Assembly: GCA_018700895.1 (NCBI GenBank)
Contig: JABIUV010000014.1
Span: 49,086-113,085 of the forward strand
Direction: 5' to 3'
Length of the DNA stretch: 64,000 nucleotides
Origin: Bacteroidota bacterium
GTDB taxonomy: Bacteria; Bacteroidota; Bacteroidia; NS11-12g; UBA9320
The notes below the pieces were generated by a model. That model was not told where the DNA came from, made no database searches, and was given only the letters and a program-made list of their open reading frames with translations. The number at the start of each line of letters is the position of its first letter. Within the stretch, counting starts at the first letter, position 1. Positions 20,322 to 30,976 of this stretch are shown here, one piece after another. Position numbers and translations under genes: made by a program.

Positions 20322-21626
20322 CTACAAACGCGTAATACGTGCTCCTATTGCATTTAGTCTATGCTCTATATCTTGATAGCCTCTATCTATTTGCTCTATG
20401 TTATGAATGGTACTAGTCCCTTCGGCACTCATGGCCGCGAGTAGGAGAGATACGCCGGCTCGTATATCGGGAGACGACATAGTAGTAGCCTTAAGCGGCA
20501 CCCTACGGTCTAGTCCCATTACGGTGGCTCTGTGTGGGTCGCAAAGGATGATCTGTGCTCCCATTTCTATCAGATTGTCTACAAAGAATAATCGGCTTTC
20601 GAACATTTTTTGATGTATGAGTACGTTACCTTTGGCTTGTGTACACATTACAAGTATCACGCTGAGTAAGTCAGGAGATAATCCTGGCCAAGTGGCATCT
20701 GAGATAGTCATCATACTACCGTCTATGAAATTGTCTATCTCATAGTGTTTGTTTTCAGGTATTATGATATCGTCGTCTTTGATTACAAACTGTACACCTA
20801 GTTTCTTAAATACCTTTGGAATAATACCGAGTTGGTCTACTCTGCAATTTTCAATGGTAATTTCAGATTGGGTAAGAGCGGCCATGGCTATGAACGAACC
20901 GATTTCTATCATATCGGGGAGTATGGTATGCGTACATCCGCCTAGTTCGTTTACGCCTTCTATGGTGAGTAGGTTACTGCCTATGCCTTGTATTTTGCCA
21001 CCCATAGAGTTTATCATCTTACATAGTTGTTGTAAGTAGGGTTCGCAAGCGGCATTATATATGGTGGTAGTCCCTTTTGCCATTACTGCAGCCATAAGTA
21101 TATTAGCAGTGCCCGTTACTGAAGCTTCTTCTAGTAGCATATAACTACCTCTTAGGTTATTGCCTTCTACTTTATAGAACCCTGTGTCTTTGTTGTATGT
21201 AAACTCAGCTCCCAAATTCTCAAAACCGATGAAGTGAGTATCTAATCTACGTCTACCTATTTTGTCACCACCAGGGCTAGGAATATATCCTATACCAAAT
21301 CGTGCCAAAAGTGGTCCGATAATCATGATAGAACCGCGTATAGCAGCTCCTTTTGTTCTGAATTCTTCGGTATGAAAATAATCAAGATTAATTTCGTCAG
21401 ATTTAAACGTATAACGGCCTTTGCCTAGTTTATTTACCTTTACTCCTAGACCTTTGAGCAGCTCGATCATACGCAGTATATCGCGTATCTCGGGTATATT
21501 CTTTAGTTCTACCTCCTCGGCTGTAAGCAATACCGCAGCTAGAATTTGCAGAGCTTCATTTTTTGCCCCTTGTGGTGTGAGCGTGCCTTTTAGTTTGTGT
21601 CCACCTTCTATCTTAAACGTTCCCAT
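20322..21626 (-). CDS. murA: UDP-N-acetylglucosamine 1-carboxyvinyltransferase
   Basis: 434 aa. 'FKIEGGHKLKGTLTPQGAKNEALQILAAVLLT' is the EPT-family N-terminus. Its start abuts the stop of the upstream DUF4290 gene. Confidence 0.95.
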   Translation of the reverse strand: MGTFKIEGGHKLKGTLTPQGAKNEALQILAAVLLTAEEVELKNIPEIRDILRMIELLKGLGVKVNKLGKGRYTFKSDEINLDYFHTEEFRTKGAAIRGSIMIIGPLLARFGIGYIPSPGGDKIGRRRLDTHFIGFENLGAEFTYNKDTGFYKVEGNNLRGSYMLLEEASVTGTANILMAAVMAKGTTTIYNAACEPYLQQLCKMINSMGGKIQGIGSNLLTIEGVNELGGCTHTILPDMIEIGSFIAMAALTQSEITIENCRVDQLGIIPKVFKKLGVQFVIKDDDIIIPENKHYEIDNFIDGSMMTISDATWPGLSPDLLSVILVMCTQAKGNVLIHQKMFESRLFFVDNLIEMGAQIILCDPHRATVMGLDRRVPLKATTMSSPDIRAGVSLLLAAMSAEGTSTIHNIEQIDRGYQDIEHRLNAIGARITRL

Positions 21627-22265
21627 TTATCTACGTTTTACAAATTTATTCTTCTTTTTATTCTTGTTGTTTCGCCCGTTGTTATTTCGGTTGTTTGGTC
21701 TGCGAGTTCGTGCTTCGTGATGTATGTCGAGCGAATCAGCTACAACTTGAAGCTTGCCATTTGATAAGTCTGCAAGATGTTGCACAATTTGTGTTGGAGT
21801 AAGTTCTTCATCATTCCAATTTTTACTAGAGTTAACCATAAAGGAGGCAATGTAATTGATGTACATTGTTTTAATTTCACCTTCTTCCATTTCGCCTGCT
21901 CCGGCTATCATATCAAGGAGGTTACGGCCATAGTAGCGGTACCTGCTTAGCACGCCTTTGTAGCCTAGGTGCTCTGGTTTGGTCTTCTTAAGATCGGGAG
22001 TCGGTTTAGGAAAATCATTGTCTATATCCAGTTCGTAATTGGCAATTTCGTGTAGGTGATCCCATACCGTCTGCTGGTAGTCTGTTTGATCTTTTATTTC
22101 AGGATTAAGATTTAACATCACCTGAAAAACAGTGTGAGCTAAGACATTTCTTTTTTCTCTGTCTTGCTCAAGTTTCAGATGTTCTATCATTTCTTGCACG
22201 CCTCTACCGTATTCGGTGAGTTTTATCTGTTCTTGCTGCGTGTTATAAGTTAATTCCATTTGCAT
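21627..22265 (-). CDS. DUF4290 domain protein (conserved murA-upstream partner in Bacteroidota)
   Basis: 212 aa. Zero-nt spacer to the murA ATG. Arg/Asn/Lys-rich basic C-terminal tail. Confidence 0.75.
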   Translation of the reverse strand: MQMELTYNTQQEQIKLTEYGRGVQEMIEHLKLEQDREKRNVLAHTVFQVMLNLNPEIKDQTDYQQTVWDHLHEIANYELDIDNDFPKPTPDLKKTKPEHLGYKGVLSRYRYYGRNLLDMIAGAGEMEEGEIKTMYINYIASFMVNSSKNWNDEELTPTQIVQHLADLSNGKLQVVADSLDIHHEARTRRPNNRNNNGRNNKNKKKNKFVKRR

Positions 22266-22364
22266 AGCAAATATATGGAGTCATTAACAAGTTAGGAGGA
22301 ATGGGCAGAGTTGTTTTCCACTATGCACTTTATTTAGAGGGTTTTTTTGTGCATTTTGACACAC

Positions 22365-23822
22365 CTAGTACTTAATACATACGTTCTTGGGTTCTGTAAA
22401 GAAATTCAAAGCCTCCCATCCACCTTCACGGCCTACGCCGCTATTCTTCATCCCGCCAAAAGGTGTTCTCAAGTCCCTAAGTAACCAGCAGTTTATCCAG
22501 ACTATGCCACTTTTTATGCCATCTGCCATTCGGTGAGCTTTGTTAAGGTCGGTAGTCCAAACCGTAGCCGCTAGTCCATACATAGTGCTGTTTGCTAGCT
22601 TTAGTGCCTCTTCTTCTGTATCAAAGGCTTGAATTGTTACCACGGGGCCGAATATTTCCTCTTGATTTGTCCTGCATTGCTGGTCAAGACCTTCTATAAT
22701 AGTTGGTGCAATGTACCACCCATCTTTATTTTCCCCGTCTAGGTTTACGGCTTCTCCACCCGTTAGTATTTTGCCGCCTTCTTCTTTGGCTATGCTGATA
22801 TAGCTGAGTACTTTGTCGTAATGAGGCTTACTTACTATAGCTCCTAGTCTGCTATCATCTTGCATTGGGTTGCCCACTTTCATTTTGCCCACTTCTGCTG
22901 CAAAGGCAGTCTTAAATCGTTCATAAATGCCGCGTTGCACCAGTATGCGAGATCCGCACAGGCAGATTTGACCTTGATTTGCAAATGAACTGTTGAGTGT
23001 AGTTTTGAGCATTTTATCAAAATCGCAGTCATCAAAAATGATGTTTGGATTTTTACCTCCTAATTCTAAACTCATTTTCTTGAATTTTGGAGCTACTATT
23101 TTTGCTATATGTGCACCAGTAGATGTTCCGCCAGTAAATGATACTAAGTCGATATCGTCGTGAGATATAAGAGCGTTACCAGCAGATATTCCTAAACCGT
23201 GTACTACGTTTAGTACTCCCGCAGGTAGATTAATCTCTTCACATATCTGGGTCAATAGAAAGGCCGTCATAGGGGTGATTTCACTGGGCTTAGCTACTAC
23301 GGTATTCCCCGCTGCCAACGCTGGGGCGATTTTCCACGTGAATAAGTATAGGGGTAAATTCCACGGAGAGATACAGGCCGCCACTCCCACAGGTTTACGA
23401 AGCGTATAGTTGATTACACCTTGGGCTGTATGATGGCTCTCAGAGGCATAATGTAATATAGCCGTACTATAAAACTTAAAATTATCTACTGCCCGTGGAA
23501 TATCTACAGACTTGGCGAGCCACAAAGGTTTACCATTATCTATACTTTCGGCAAGAGCAAGCTCATCGAGTTTTGCTTTTATACCACTGCTTATCTTCTC
23601 AAGCCACTTGGAGCGTTGTATGTTACTCAGATTAGACCAAGATGGGAGCGCTTTTCTTGCGGCATCTACAGCCAACTGCACGTCGTCACCTGTGCTGTCC
23701 GGGATGTATGAATAAACCTTGCCGGTTGCAGGGTTGTAATTGTCTAAATATTGGTTATTAATCGGGGAGACGAGTTTGCCGTCTATATAGTTGGCTATAT
23801 GAATCATAAATGGTGAGGGCAA
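22365..23822 (-). CDS. NAD(P)-dependent aldehyde dehydrogenase
   Basis: 485 aa. ALDH-family Glu and Cys active-site blocks ('LELGGKNP', 'GQICLCGSR'). Confidence 0.85.
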   Translation of the reverse strand: MPSPFMIHIANYIDGKLVSPINNQYLDNYNPATGKVYSYIPDSTGDDVQLAVDAARKALPSWSNLSNIQRSKWLEKISSGIKAKLDELALAESIDNGKPLWLAKSVDIPRAVDNFKFYSTAILHYASESHHTAQGVINYTLRKPVGVAACISPWNLPLYLFTWKIAPALAAGNTVVAKPSEITPMTAFLLTQICEEINLPAGVLNVVHGLGISAGNALISHDDIDLVSFTGGTSTGAHIAKIVAPKFKKMSLELGGKNPNIIFDDCDFDKMLKTTLNSSFANQGQICLCGSRILVQRGIYERFKTAFAAEVGKMKVGNPMQDDSRLGAIVSKPHYDKVLSYISIAKEEGGKILTGGEAVNLDGENKDGWYIAPTIIEGLDQQCRTNQEEIFGPVVTIQAFDTEEEALKLANSTMYGLAATVWTTDLNKAHRMADGIKSGIVWINCWLLRDLRTPFGGMKNSGVGREGGWEALNFFTEPKNVCIKY

Positions 23823-24047
23823 AAATAATCAAGCAGCAGTTATAGTGCGTCCTTGATGAACCTACTTTATTAGGTTTGGTAACATAGCGGAGAAGTTCTT
23901 GTGGGTTTTTATTAGGGATGGTGAGGTGAAATTCGTTGAGTTGACACGAAACCATTACAGGCCCCTAGGGTAGTTGCTTGAGGCGGAAAGAACGAAGTGA
24001 GCACCACCGAATAGCCCCGCAGTGCATTAAATAATGGAGGAAGCGAC

Positions 24048-25271
24048 CTATGGGAGTATTTTGCCAGAGCACTCCCCAAAACCTACACGTTTGCCATCTT
24101 TTTCGCACCACGCTCGTATGGTAATGGTATCTCCGTCGTCTATAAATGTTCGTGTCTTACCATTATTGAGCTCTATGGTCTCTTTGCCGCCCCAGCTTAG
24201 CTCTAGCATACTACCGAAGCTGCCTTTCTCTTTGCCAGAGATAGTACCGCTGGCCATCATATCACCGACATTTAAATTGCAGCCATTTACCGTATGGTGG
24301 GTGAGTTGTTGAGCCATATTCCAATACATATACTTGAAATTACTTTCGGCTATTGTGGTTTCTTCGTCTCCTTCAGGAGTAAGGCCTACTTCCAGATTGA
24401 TGTCAAAGTTTTTATTTCCAGAATATTGCAAATAGGGTAATACTTCAGGATCTTGTTTTACACTTTCACAGCGGAATGGTTCCAATGCCTCCATGGTTAC
24501 TATCCAGGGCGATATAGATGAACCAAAGTTTTTACCTAAAAATGGACCCAGTGGAACGTACTCCCACTTCTGAATATCGCGAGCACTCCAGTCGTTAAAT
24601 ACAACTTTACCAAAAATGTGATCTTCAGCATTATCAATATCTACGGGTTCTCCTAAAGCATTGGGCTTTCCTATGATGAAAGCCATCTCCAGTTCGAGGT
24701 CCATACGCTTACTCTTGCCAAATATAGGTGCTGTCGCATCGGGAGGCATCATTTGACCACTAGGGCGAGTGATGGGCGTACCGCTTACTACTATGCTGCT
24801 TGCTCTGCCATGATAACCTACGGGAATGTGTTTCCAGTTGGGCAGTAGCGGATTATCTGGTCTAAACATTTTACCTACATTGGTGGCGTGCTCTATACTG
24901 CTATAAAAATCGGTGTAATCACCCACTTTTACAGGCATACACATTTTGGCACCTAGTCTGTTTACGATTACCTTTTCTCTGAACTCATACAACGTCCCTA
25001 CTACCGTAAGCTGAGCGGTAAGATAAGCCCGCAACGCACTCCAAGCTGATTTGCCGCAGGCGATAAAATCGTTCAGTACATCACTTTCGAATACCGAAGT
25101 TTCAAAACCTAGGTCGGCAAACAATCCAACCTTTGCACAAGCATTGAGGTCAATAATACTATCACCAATAGCTACGCCAGGTGTTAGTTTGTCGTCTCTC
25201 AAAAAAACGCCATAAGGAAGGTTATATATACTAAAATCAGAATTCGTAGGTACGTCTATCCAGGTATTCAT
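24048..25271 (-). CDS. fahA: fumarylacetoacetase (tyrosine catabolism)
   Basis: 407 aa. N-terminal 'TNSDFSIYNLPYGVF' FAH N-domain and C-terminal FAH-fold metal-binding region. Confidence 0.85.
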   Translation of the reverse strand: MNTWIDVPTNSDFSIYNLPYGVFLRDDKLTPGVAIGDSIIDLNACAKVGLFADLGFETSVFESDVLNDFIACGKSAWSALRAYLTAQLTVVGTLYEFREKVIVNRLGAKMCMPVKVGDYTDFYSSIEHATNVGKMFRPDNPLLPNWKHIPVGYHGRASSIVVSGTPITRPSGQMMPPDATAPIFGKSKRMDLELEMAFIIGKPNALGEPVDIDNAEDHIFGKVVFNDWSARDIQKWEYVPLGPFLGKNFGSSISPWIVTMEALEPFRCESVKQDPEVLPYLQYSGNKNFDINLEVGLTPEGDEETTIAESNFKYMYWNMAQQLTHHTVNGCNLNVGDMMASGTISGKEKGSFGSMLELSWGGKETIELNNGKTRTFIDDGDTITIRAWCEKDGKRVGFGECSGKILP

Positions 25272-25482
25272 TTTATACTTCTATTTATTAAGGCCGAAGG
25301 TAAGAAAGCATTTTATATTATTTGTGCATCGTTTCGTATATCGTTATTATGCCAGAGGTCGAGACGTTATATTAATCTGTTATTGTAAGTTATGAAGTGT
25401 CTGTTTTATTGTAGCTTATGTATGTATAGTTTGTGTTTGAATGGATATGTAACCAAATAGCACTATAGCACGTATCGCGAGT

Positions 25483-25950
25483 ATGAAAATATTTAGTTTA
25501 CTTCTTTTGATAATCGTGTCTACAGGACTACAAGCTCAAACCAATAAATATGTTATTCTGAAACATCGCGATAAACCACAAGAGGTAGCCATAGCACAGG
25601 GTGAATATGTGGTAGTTACTACCTTTAAAGGGGAGAAAATAAAAGGGCAAATGGAGGTGCTGAGTGAGACCTTAATACGCGTAAAACACAAGATAGTGCC
25701 ACTTACAAGTATACAAAAATTTGGAAGACGAAATCAGCGGGTGTTCCAGTTGGCAAGTATGTTGGTTTCTACCGGGATGAATATCACACTCTTTGGCTTG
25801 AGCGATAATTTAAGGCACGGATGGGATGTGCCTAGTAATAACTACAAGGCGGGTTTACCTATGCTTGCTGTTGGCATTCCGCTTATGATTTTTACTTATA
25901 AAAGAACAAGTAAACGATGGACGTACGAGGGTACAGTGGGGAAGTGGTAG
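25483..25950 (+). CDS. hypothetical secreted/membrane-anchored protein
   Basis: Signal peptide MKIFSLLLLIIVSTGLQAQ. C-terminal hydrophobic segment. No family motif. Confidence 0.35.
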   Translation: MKIFSLLLLIIVSTGLQAQTNKYVILKHRDKPQEVAIAQGEYVVVTTFKGEKIKGQMEVLSETLIRVKHKIVPLTSIQKFGRRNQRVFQLASMLVSTGMNITLFGLSDNLRHGWDVPSNNYKAGLPMLAVGIPLMIFTYKRTSKRWTYEGTVGKW

Positions 25951-26024
25951 TCGTTCTCGGCTGCTAAGTCCGATGATCTATGGTTATCACGTGTATAGCA
26001 AACAAAGTCATTTTACTTTATGCT

Positions 26025-26725
26025 TCATATAGCGGGTCTAGTGCTCAACACATTTCTCTGTACTTTGCCTGTCTTTATTCGGTACACAGGAATCTTTATA
26101 CCATAATGCTTACAAAGTCTAACTAACTCGGCATCTATCAGCTCTTGAGAGTACCGGAGTGAGAAGTCTCCAAGGATAAGTTTTTGTACCTTGATATTGG
26201 CTGCCATCTCCAGCACCTCTTCTAGACTACTGTGTTTGTTTCTTGCAATTCAATACCTTGTAACTTATACTTTTATGTGCTCCTTGCTGTGCCTTTTTAT
26301 GCTCACTTACGCACGGCATCCACCTTCAGGTCATTTCTCTGATATATACTTTCCCCATCGACAACTGGTAACCAGTCTTTTCGAGGTTTGTCTGGGCCAA
26401 TTTTTTTGGAGAACTCCTCCAATGCCGGGAATGAACCTGCATACCTTGGGTAGAAAATCTGCATCTTATCGTTTAGTGGATTTATAGCACTCAAGTGGTC
26501 TCTGTTTGCGTGAGATATAAAGGCATATTTTATTCTACCCATTTTTTGGTTGAGGCTAGCTACTAATCCATCTCCTGCATCAAACAGAATGCCCAGTTCC
26601 ACTATAAGATACCGCGTAGAAAAAAGAGCTATACTATAGCCAGTTATTGTTAGATTTATCACTACAAAATTATTGCTTTTATAGCTAAAAGAAGGGAGAT
26701 GTAAATGAAGAATGCGAACGTGCAT
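26025..26725 (-). pseudogene. MBL-fold metallo-hydrolase (RNase Z-like), split by a frameshift
   Basis: The 5' fragment (26303..26725) holds 'FDAGDG...FISHANRDH' (metal-binding motif region). The 3' fragment (26025..26262) holds '...SLEEVLEMAANIKVQKLILGDFSLRY' (MBL C-terminal motif). The two are in different frames: TGA at 26303-26305, second frame open from ~26262. Confidence 0.5.
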
Positions 26726-26774
26726 TTTGTACTTGGCTTTACGATGATTTTTTTAATCCCGTAGGGATGATATA

Positions 26775-28085
26775 TTATTTAGCCGCCGCCATCAAGGCCT
26801 CTATTTCCTCTACCTCAATAGGCATCCCTGCCTCATCCATCATGTCTACAGGGCCATTGTCGGTAATAAGTATTTGATTTTCTATACGAACACCTATTCC
26901 TTCTTCAGTAATGTAAATGCCTGGCTCACAGCTAAATACCATTCCAGCTTGCATTGGCTCGTATCGCATACCGCTATCGTGTACGTCTATACCTAAGAAG
27001 TGACTCGTGCCGTGCATAAAATATTTTTTCACTGCAGGCCATTTGGGGTCTTGATTTTTTACATCTTCTTGTGTGAGTAACCCAAGGCTTATGAGCTCCT
27101 CTGTCATTAGTCCTTCTACCTCTTTTTGGTACTCCATCAGCATTGTACCCGGTACTAGCTTTTTGCGAGCAGCCTTCATTACACGGAGTACGGCGTTGTA
27201 CACATCTTTTTGTCTTGGAGAGAACTTGCCATTGGCAGGCAAACAACGGGTCATGTCGCTCGCATAGTTGGCGTAATCTACTCCGCAATCTACTAGAATA
27301 AGGTCTCCATCTTTCACTTCGTCTTTATTCTCAATATAGTGAAGCGTGCATGCATTTTTACCGGTGGCTACTATCGGCTCAAAACTAAATCCAGTGGCTC
27401 TGTTGCTCAAGAAGGTATGAGCCAGATTAGCCTCTATCTCGTATTCGCCCATTCCTGGTTTTGTCGTTTCTAAGATGCGTAAAAGCCCTTTTTTAGAGAT
27501 CTGTACTGCTTCACGCATTACCTCTAGTTCTAGTTCAGTCTTAGTGCCTCGAAGTCTGTTTAGTATTTTACCAGCACGCTTGTAGGTATGCATTGGGTAT
27601 AAGTCCATCATCTCCTTAGCAAAGTCTATTGCCTTAGTCGGTGATTTTGGATTGAATCGATCATTTTCGTTTAGTGGCAGGTATACGTTGTCCGCCATGT
27701 TGATTACTTGGCGAAGCTGCTGCATGTAATCATTGTTCCAAAATATGGATGCTATACCACTCGTAGCGGTAGCATCTTCCTTAGTGTATTTGTATCCATC
27801 CCATACCGCTATTTTTTCATTGGTTTCTACCAAAAATAGGCATTCTTGATACGCGGTTATAGGACAATCCGGGAAAAGAACTAAAACGGAGTCTTCCTGA
27901 TCTATACCGCTGGCCCAAAACATATCTGAGTTTTGTTTGAATTTATAAACCGCATCCGCATTCCAAGTGTATTGATAATTACTATGAAATATAGCGATAC
28001 TATTAGGCTCCATTTCGGCAACGAAACGTTTTCTGTTTTCTATAAAAATCTCCTTATTCAGTCTTGGGTACTTCATTACTGGCAA
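26775..28085 (-). CDS. pepP: Xaa-Pro aminopeptidase (M24B family)
   Basis: 436 aa. N-terminal creatinase-like domain plus C-terminal pita-bread fold with 'HGTSHFLGIDVHD' and 'GMVFSCEPGIY' metal-ligand blocks. Confidence 0.85.
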   Translation of the reverse strand: MPVMKYPRLNKEIFIENRKRFVAEMEPNSIAIFHSNYQYTWNADAVYKFKQNSDMFWASGIDQEDSVLVLFPDCPITAYQECLFLVETNEKIAVWDGYKYTKEDATATSGIASIFWNNDYMQQLRQVINMADNVYLPLNENDRFNPKSPTKAIDFAKEMMDLYPMHTYKRAGKILNRLRGTKTELELEVMREAVQISKKGLLRILETTKPGMGEYEIEANLAHTFLSNRATGFSFEPIVATGKNACTLHYIENKDEVKDGDLILVDCGVDYANYASDMTRCLPANGKFSPRQKDVYNAVLRVMKAARKKLVPGTMLMEYQKEVEGLMTEELISLGLLTQEDVKNQDPKWPAVKKYFMHGTSHFLGIDVHDSGMRYEPMQAGMVFSCEPGIYITEEGIGVRIENQILITDNGPVDMMDEAGMPIEVEEIEALMAAAK

Positions 28086-28142
28086 AGCTACTGATTTGCG
28101 TTGACTAGTGAAGAGGAAGAAGAGAAAAGATAAAGAGTGATT

Positions 28143-28715
28143 TTATAAAACCTCAAACTTAATAGGGATTCTCATCTTCATGTCTACTGGAAACCCGTCT
28201 TGCATTGCAGGTTGCCATAGACGAGATGTAGATTTGATGACTCTCATTGCCTCAAGCATTAAATCTTCGTCTGGGTTTCCTGTAGTTTCTAAATTTTCAA
28301 TCTCACCAATAGAATTTACGACAAATATTACTTGTACTATTCCTTGTCTGCGTGCTTTTAATGATTCGACGGATATTTTATCTGGGTGTCTATAAATATC
28401 CATAGTCGCTTCTCACCACCTATGAATTTTGCTGGTTTCGGCATGTCTGAATACCTATCATGTTGTCCCCTGCAGGGATAGTACGATTCCTTTGGTTCTT
28501 CTTCAGCTCCGTTTACAAACTCTTGAAAGTACGCGGTATCTCCATTTTCACAAAAGACTACAAGCGGACCATCTTTTTCGCCGAGAGAATCAAATGATTT
28601 GATTCACATAATCTTACCATTTGGATGAAAGGAAGTATGAGTACCGCAGGTAATCCGTCTTTGAAAAAAGTTAATGCTTTAATAGTACGAGTATTCCAAG
28701 CCCACTTTCCCGTTT
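28143..28715 (-). pseudogene. TonB C-terminal-domain protein, disrupted by stop plus frameshift
   Basis: The ORF 28143..28403 encodes a TonB_C core ('GIVQVIFVVNSIGEIENLE...PAMQDGFPVDMKMRIPIKFEV'). An upstream frame encodes '...MPKPAKFIGGEKRLWIFIDTQIKYP' (TonB_C N-part) and MORN-like 'KTGKWAWNTRT..FFKDG'. No single open frame joins them. Confidence 0.45.
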
Positions 28716-29210
28716 TTATCCTTTAAAGGCTTTTCCAATAAGAACTCTTTTGGGAGAGTAGTAATAATACGTAGTATCTCCAAAAGTTTCATATGTAATT
28801 CCGTTATCTTCAAAAGTGGTTGTGATATCTTCTTCTGATAAAAGTACAAAATTAACAGATGTAAAGTCGATTATTTTTGGTTTAAAATAGGAGGTGTCTC
28901 CTTGTTCATCGAAATGCACTAGTATCTCACAGCCATCTTTAATTCCTTTCACGCTATCCAAGTGACCTTTGGTGTAATATTCGGAAAATTTGTTTCGACT
29001 TATGTCGTATTCCCAGTCGCCATCTTTTGATCCGAAATAGTAGGTGCCTATAATTTCCTTCTTGTATTTTGAATAGACATACCCTCCGTATCTTTTGCCT
29101 TTGTCTTTGCCACGTTCGATTATAGAGAATTCTTCTTTAGAATAAACCTCCCCCTTCCAATTTTTTAAGCACAACTGGTTTAAGCTTTTGACTGAAAGCA
29201 TCTGGCACAA
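28716..29210 (-). CDS. MORN/YwqK-like repeat protein (probable N-terminal remnant of the disrupted TonB_C gene)
   Basis: 164 aa. Repeated 'G.YYF.SKDGDWEY' / 'YYTKGHLDSVKGIKDG' aromatic-Gly repeats. The frame continues directly into the degraded region below 28716. Confidence 0.4.
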   Translation of the reverse strand: MCQMLSVKSLNQLCLKNWKGEVYSKEEFSIIERGKDKGKRYGGYVYSKYKKEIIGTYYFGSKDGDWEYDISRNKFSEYYTKGHLDSVKGIKDGCEILVHFDEQGDTSYFKPKIIDFTSVNFVLLSEEDITTTFEDNGITYETFGDTTYYYYSPKRVLIGKAFKG

Positions 29211-29350
29211 AGGACACGCTGATAAAAAATAGAAGATAGTAAATTCTCACACCACGAATATCTTTCATTTTACCCATTAACACAACCTTTCACCTTTCTT
29301 CTTTTAGCCTTTGGCTCAATTACCTACCTTCGCAATCCAACGATTATCAG

Positions 29351-30892
29351 ATGGCAAAAACAACACAAGAATTATTAACCTCTCTTGGCATCAAGGCAAG
29401 GAACGAAAGTATTTGTACGGGCCGCGAGTGGGTGACTTCGCTAGGTACAGAAACTGTAGAAGTACACACGCCAGTTACAGGTGAAAAACTAGGTGAAGCT
29501 GTATATGCTAGCGAAAGCGAGTATGAACACGTAATCAAAAAAGCACAAGAGGCTGCGGCTCATTGGAAAACAGTTCCTGCTCCTCAGCGTGGTGATATTG
29601 TGCGTCAGTATGGCGAAAAACTGCGTCTTCGAAAGAATGACCTGGGTAAGCTAGTAAGCTTAGAAATGGGCAAAAGCTACCAAGAGGGACTCGGGGAGGT
29701 GCAGGAGATGATTGATATCTGCGATTTTGCGGTAGGATTGAGCCGTCAGTTATATGGTCTAACGATGCACAGTGAGCGGCCAGAACACCGCATGTACGAG
29801 CAATGGCATCCTGTAGGATTGGTAGGCGTAATATCGGCATTTAACTTTCCTGTAGCCGTATGGGCATGGAACAGTATGATAGCCGCAGTATGTGGTGATG
29901 TAACGATATGGAAACCAAGTGAAAAAACTCCGCTAACGGCTATAGCTTGTCATCAGCTAATGCAGGAAGTTATTATTGAGAATGAATTGCCTGAGGGATT
30001 ATTCAATCTCGTAATTGGCGATTACAAAATAGGAGAGGCCATGGCCAAGGATAAACGTGTGCCACTTATTAGTGCTACGGGTAGCACAAGAATGGGTCGT
30101 AGAGTAAGTCAAGTAGTAGGAGCTAGATTAGGTAAATCTTTACTCGAGCTAGGTGGTAATAATGCAATTATTATCACACCTAATGCCAATGTGGAGAACG
30201 CCTTGGTCGCCGCTGTATTTGGAGCGGTGGGTACTGCTGGTCAGCGTTGTACAAGTACACGTAGAGTACTGATACACGAATCTATTTTTGAGTCATTCAA
30301 AAATAAAATGGTAAATGCCTATGGCCAGTTACAAATAGGAGATCCGCTAAATGAGACTAATCACGTAGGGCCGCTTATAGATACTGATGCAGTAAATTCT
30401 TTCATAAATGCGGTGAAAGCTGTGGAAGACGAAGGCGGCCAAATACTGGTAGGTGGTGAAGTTTTGAGTGGCAAAGGCTACGAAAGCGGTTGCTATGTAA
30501 GACCTTGTATTGCAGAGGCTCGTAATCATTTTGAGATTGTACAAGAAGAAACATTTGCACCTATCGTATATTTGATTCCATATAAGACCTTGGACGAGGC
30601 TATTTTGATGCAAAACGATGTAAAGCAAGGCTTAAGTTCTGCAATATTTACAGACAATTTGCTGGAGGCAGAGAAATTCCTGAGTGCCGCCGGGAGCGAT
30701 TGCGGTATTGCGAATGTGAACATAGGTACGAGTGGTGCTGAGATAGGTGGAGCCTTCGGCGGAGAGAAAGAAACGGGCGGAGGACGCGAGAGTGGATCGG
30801 ATGCTTGGAAGGTTTATATGCGTAGACAAACCAATACGATCAATTACGGTAAGACATTACCGCTAGCTCAAGGCATTAAATTTGAGTTGTAG
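29351..30892 (+). CDS. aldehyde dehydrogenase, ALDH7/antiquitin-like (alpha-aminoadipic semialdehyde dehydrogenase-like)
   Basis: 513 aa. ALDH catalytic blocks 'LELGGNNA', 'GQRCTSTRR'. N-terminal region resembles the ALDH7 family. Confidence 0.75.
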   Translation: MAKTTQELLTSLGIKARNESICTGREWVTSLGTETVEVHTPVTGEKLGEAVYASESEYEHVIKKAQEAAAHWKTVPAPQRGDIVRQYGEKLRLRKNDLGKLVSLEMGKSYQEGLGEVQEMIDICDFAVGLSRQLYGLTMHSERPEHRMYEQWHPVGLVGVISAFNFPVAVWAWNSMIAAVCGDVTIWKPSEKTPLTAIACHQLMQEVIIENELPEGLFNLVIGDYKIGEAMAKDKRVPLISATGSTRMGRRVSQVVGARLGKSLLELGGNNAIIITPNANVENALVAAVFGAVGTAGQRCTSTRRVLIHESIFESFKNKMVNAYGQLQIGDPLNETNHVGPLIDTDAVNSFINAVKAVEDEGGQILVGGEVLSGKGYESGCYVRPCIAEARNHFEIVQEETFAPIVYLIPYKTLDEAILMQNDVKQGLSSAIFTDNLLEAEKFLSAAGSDCGIANVNIGTSGAEIGGAFGGEKETGGGRESGSDAWKVYMRRQTNTINYGKTLPLAQGIKFEL

Positions 30893-30976
30893 CATAGATA
30901 CAGAATGAATACATAAAAATGCCTGCTAAGATTATCCTAGCAGGCATTTTTATAATTGCATTAATGCCCTGAGGCC

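Noticed and set aside
24052-24076. GGGAGT...ACTCCC hairpin that looked like a fahA terminator
   Set aside because: It lies inside the last codons of fahA (encodes ...GKILP). No T-tract follows on the transcribed strand.
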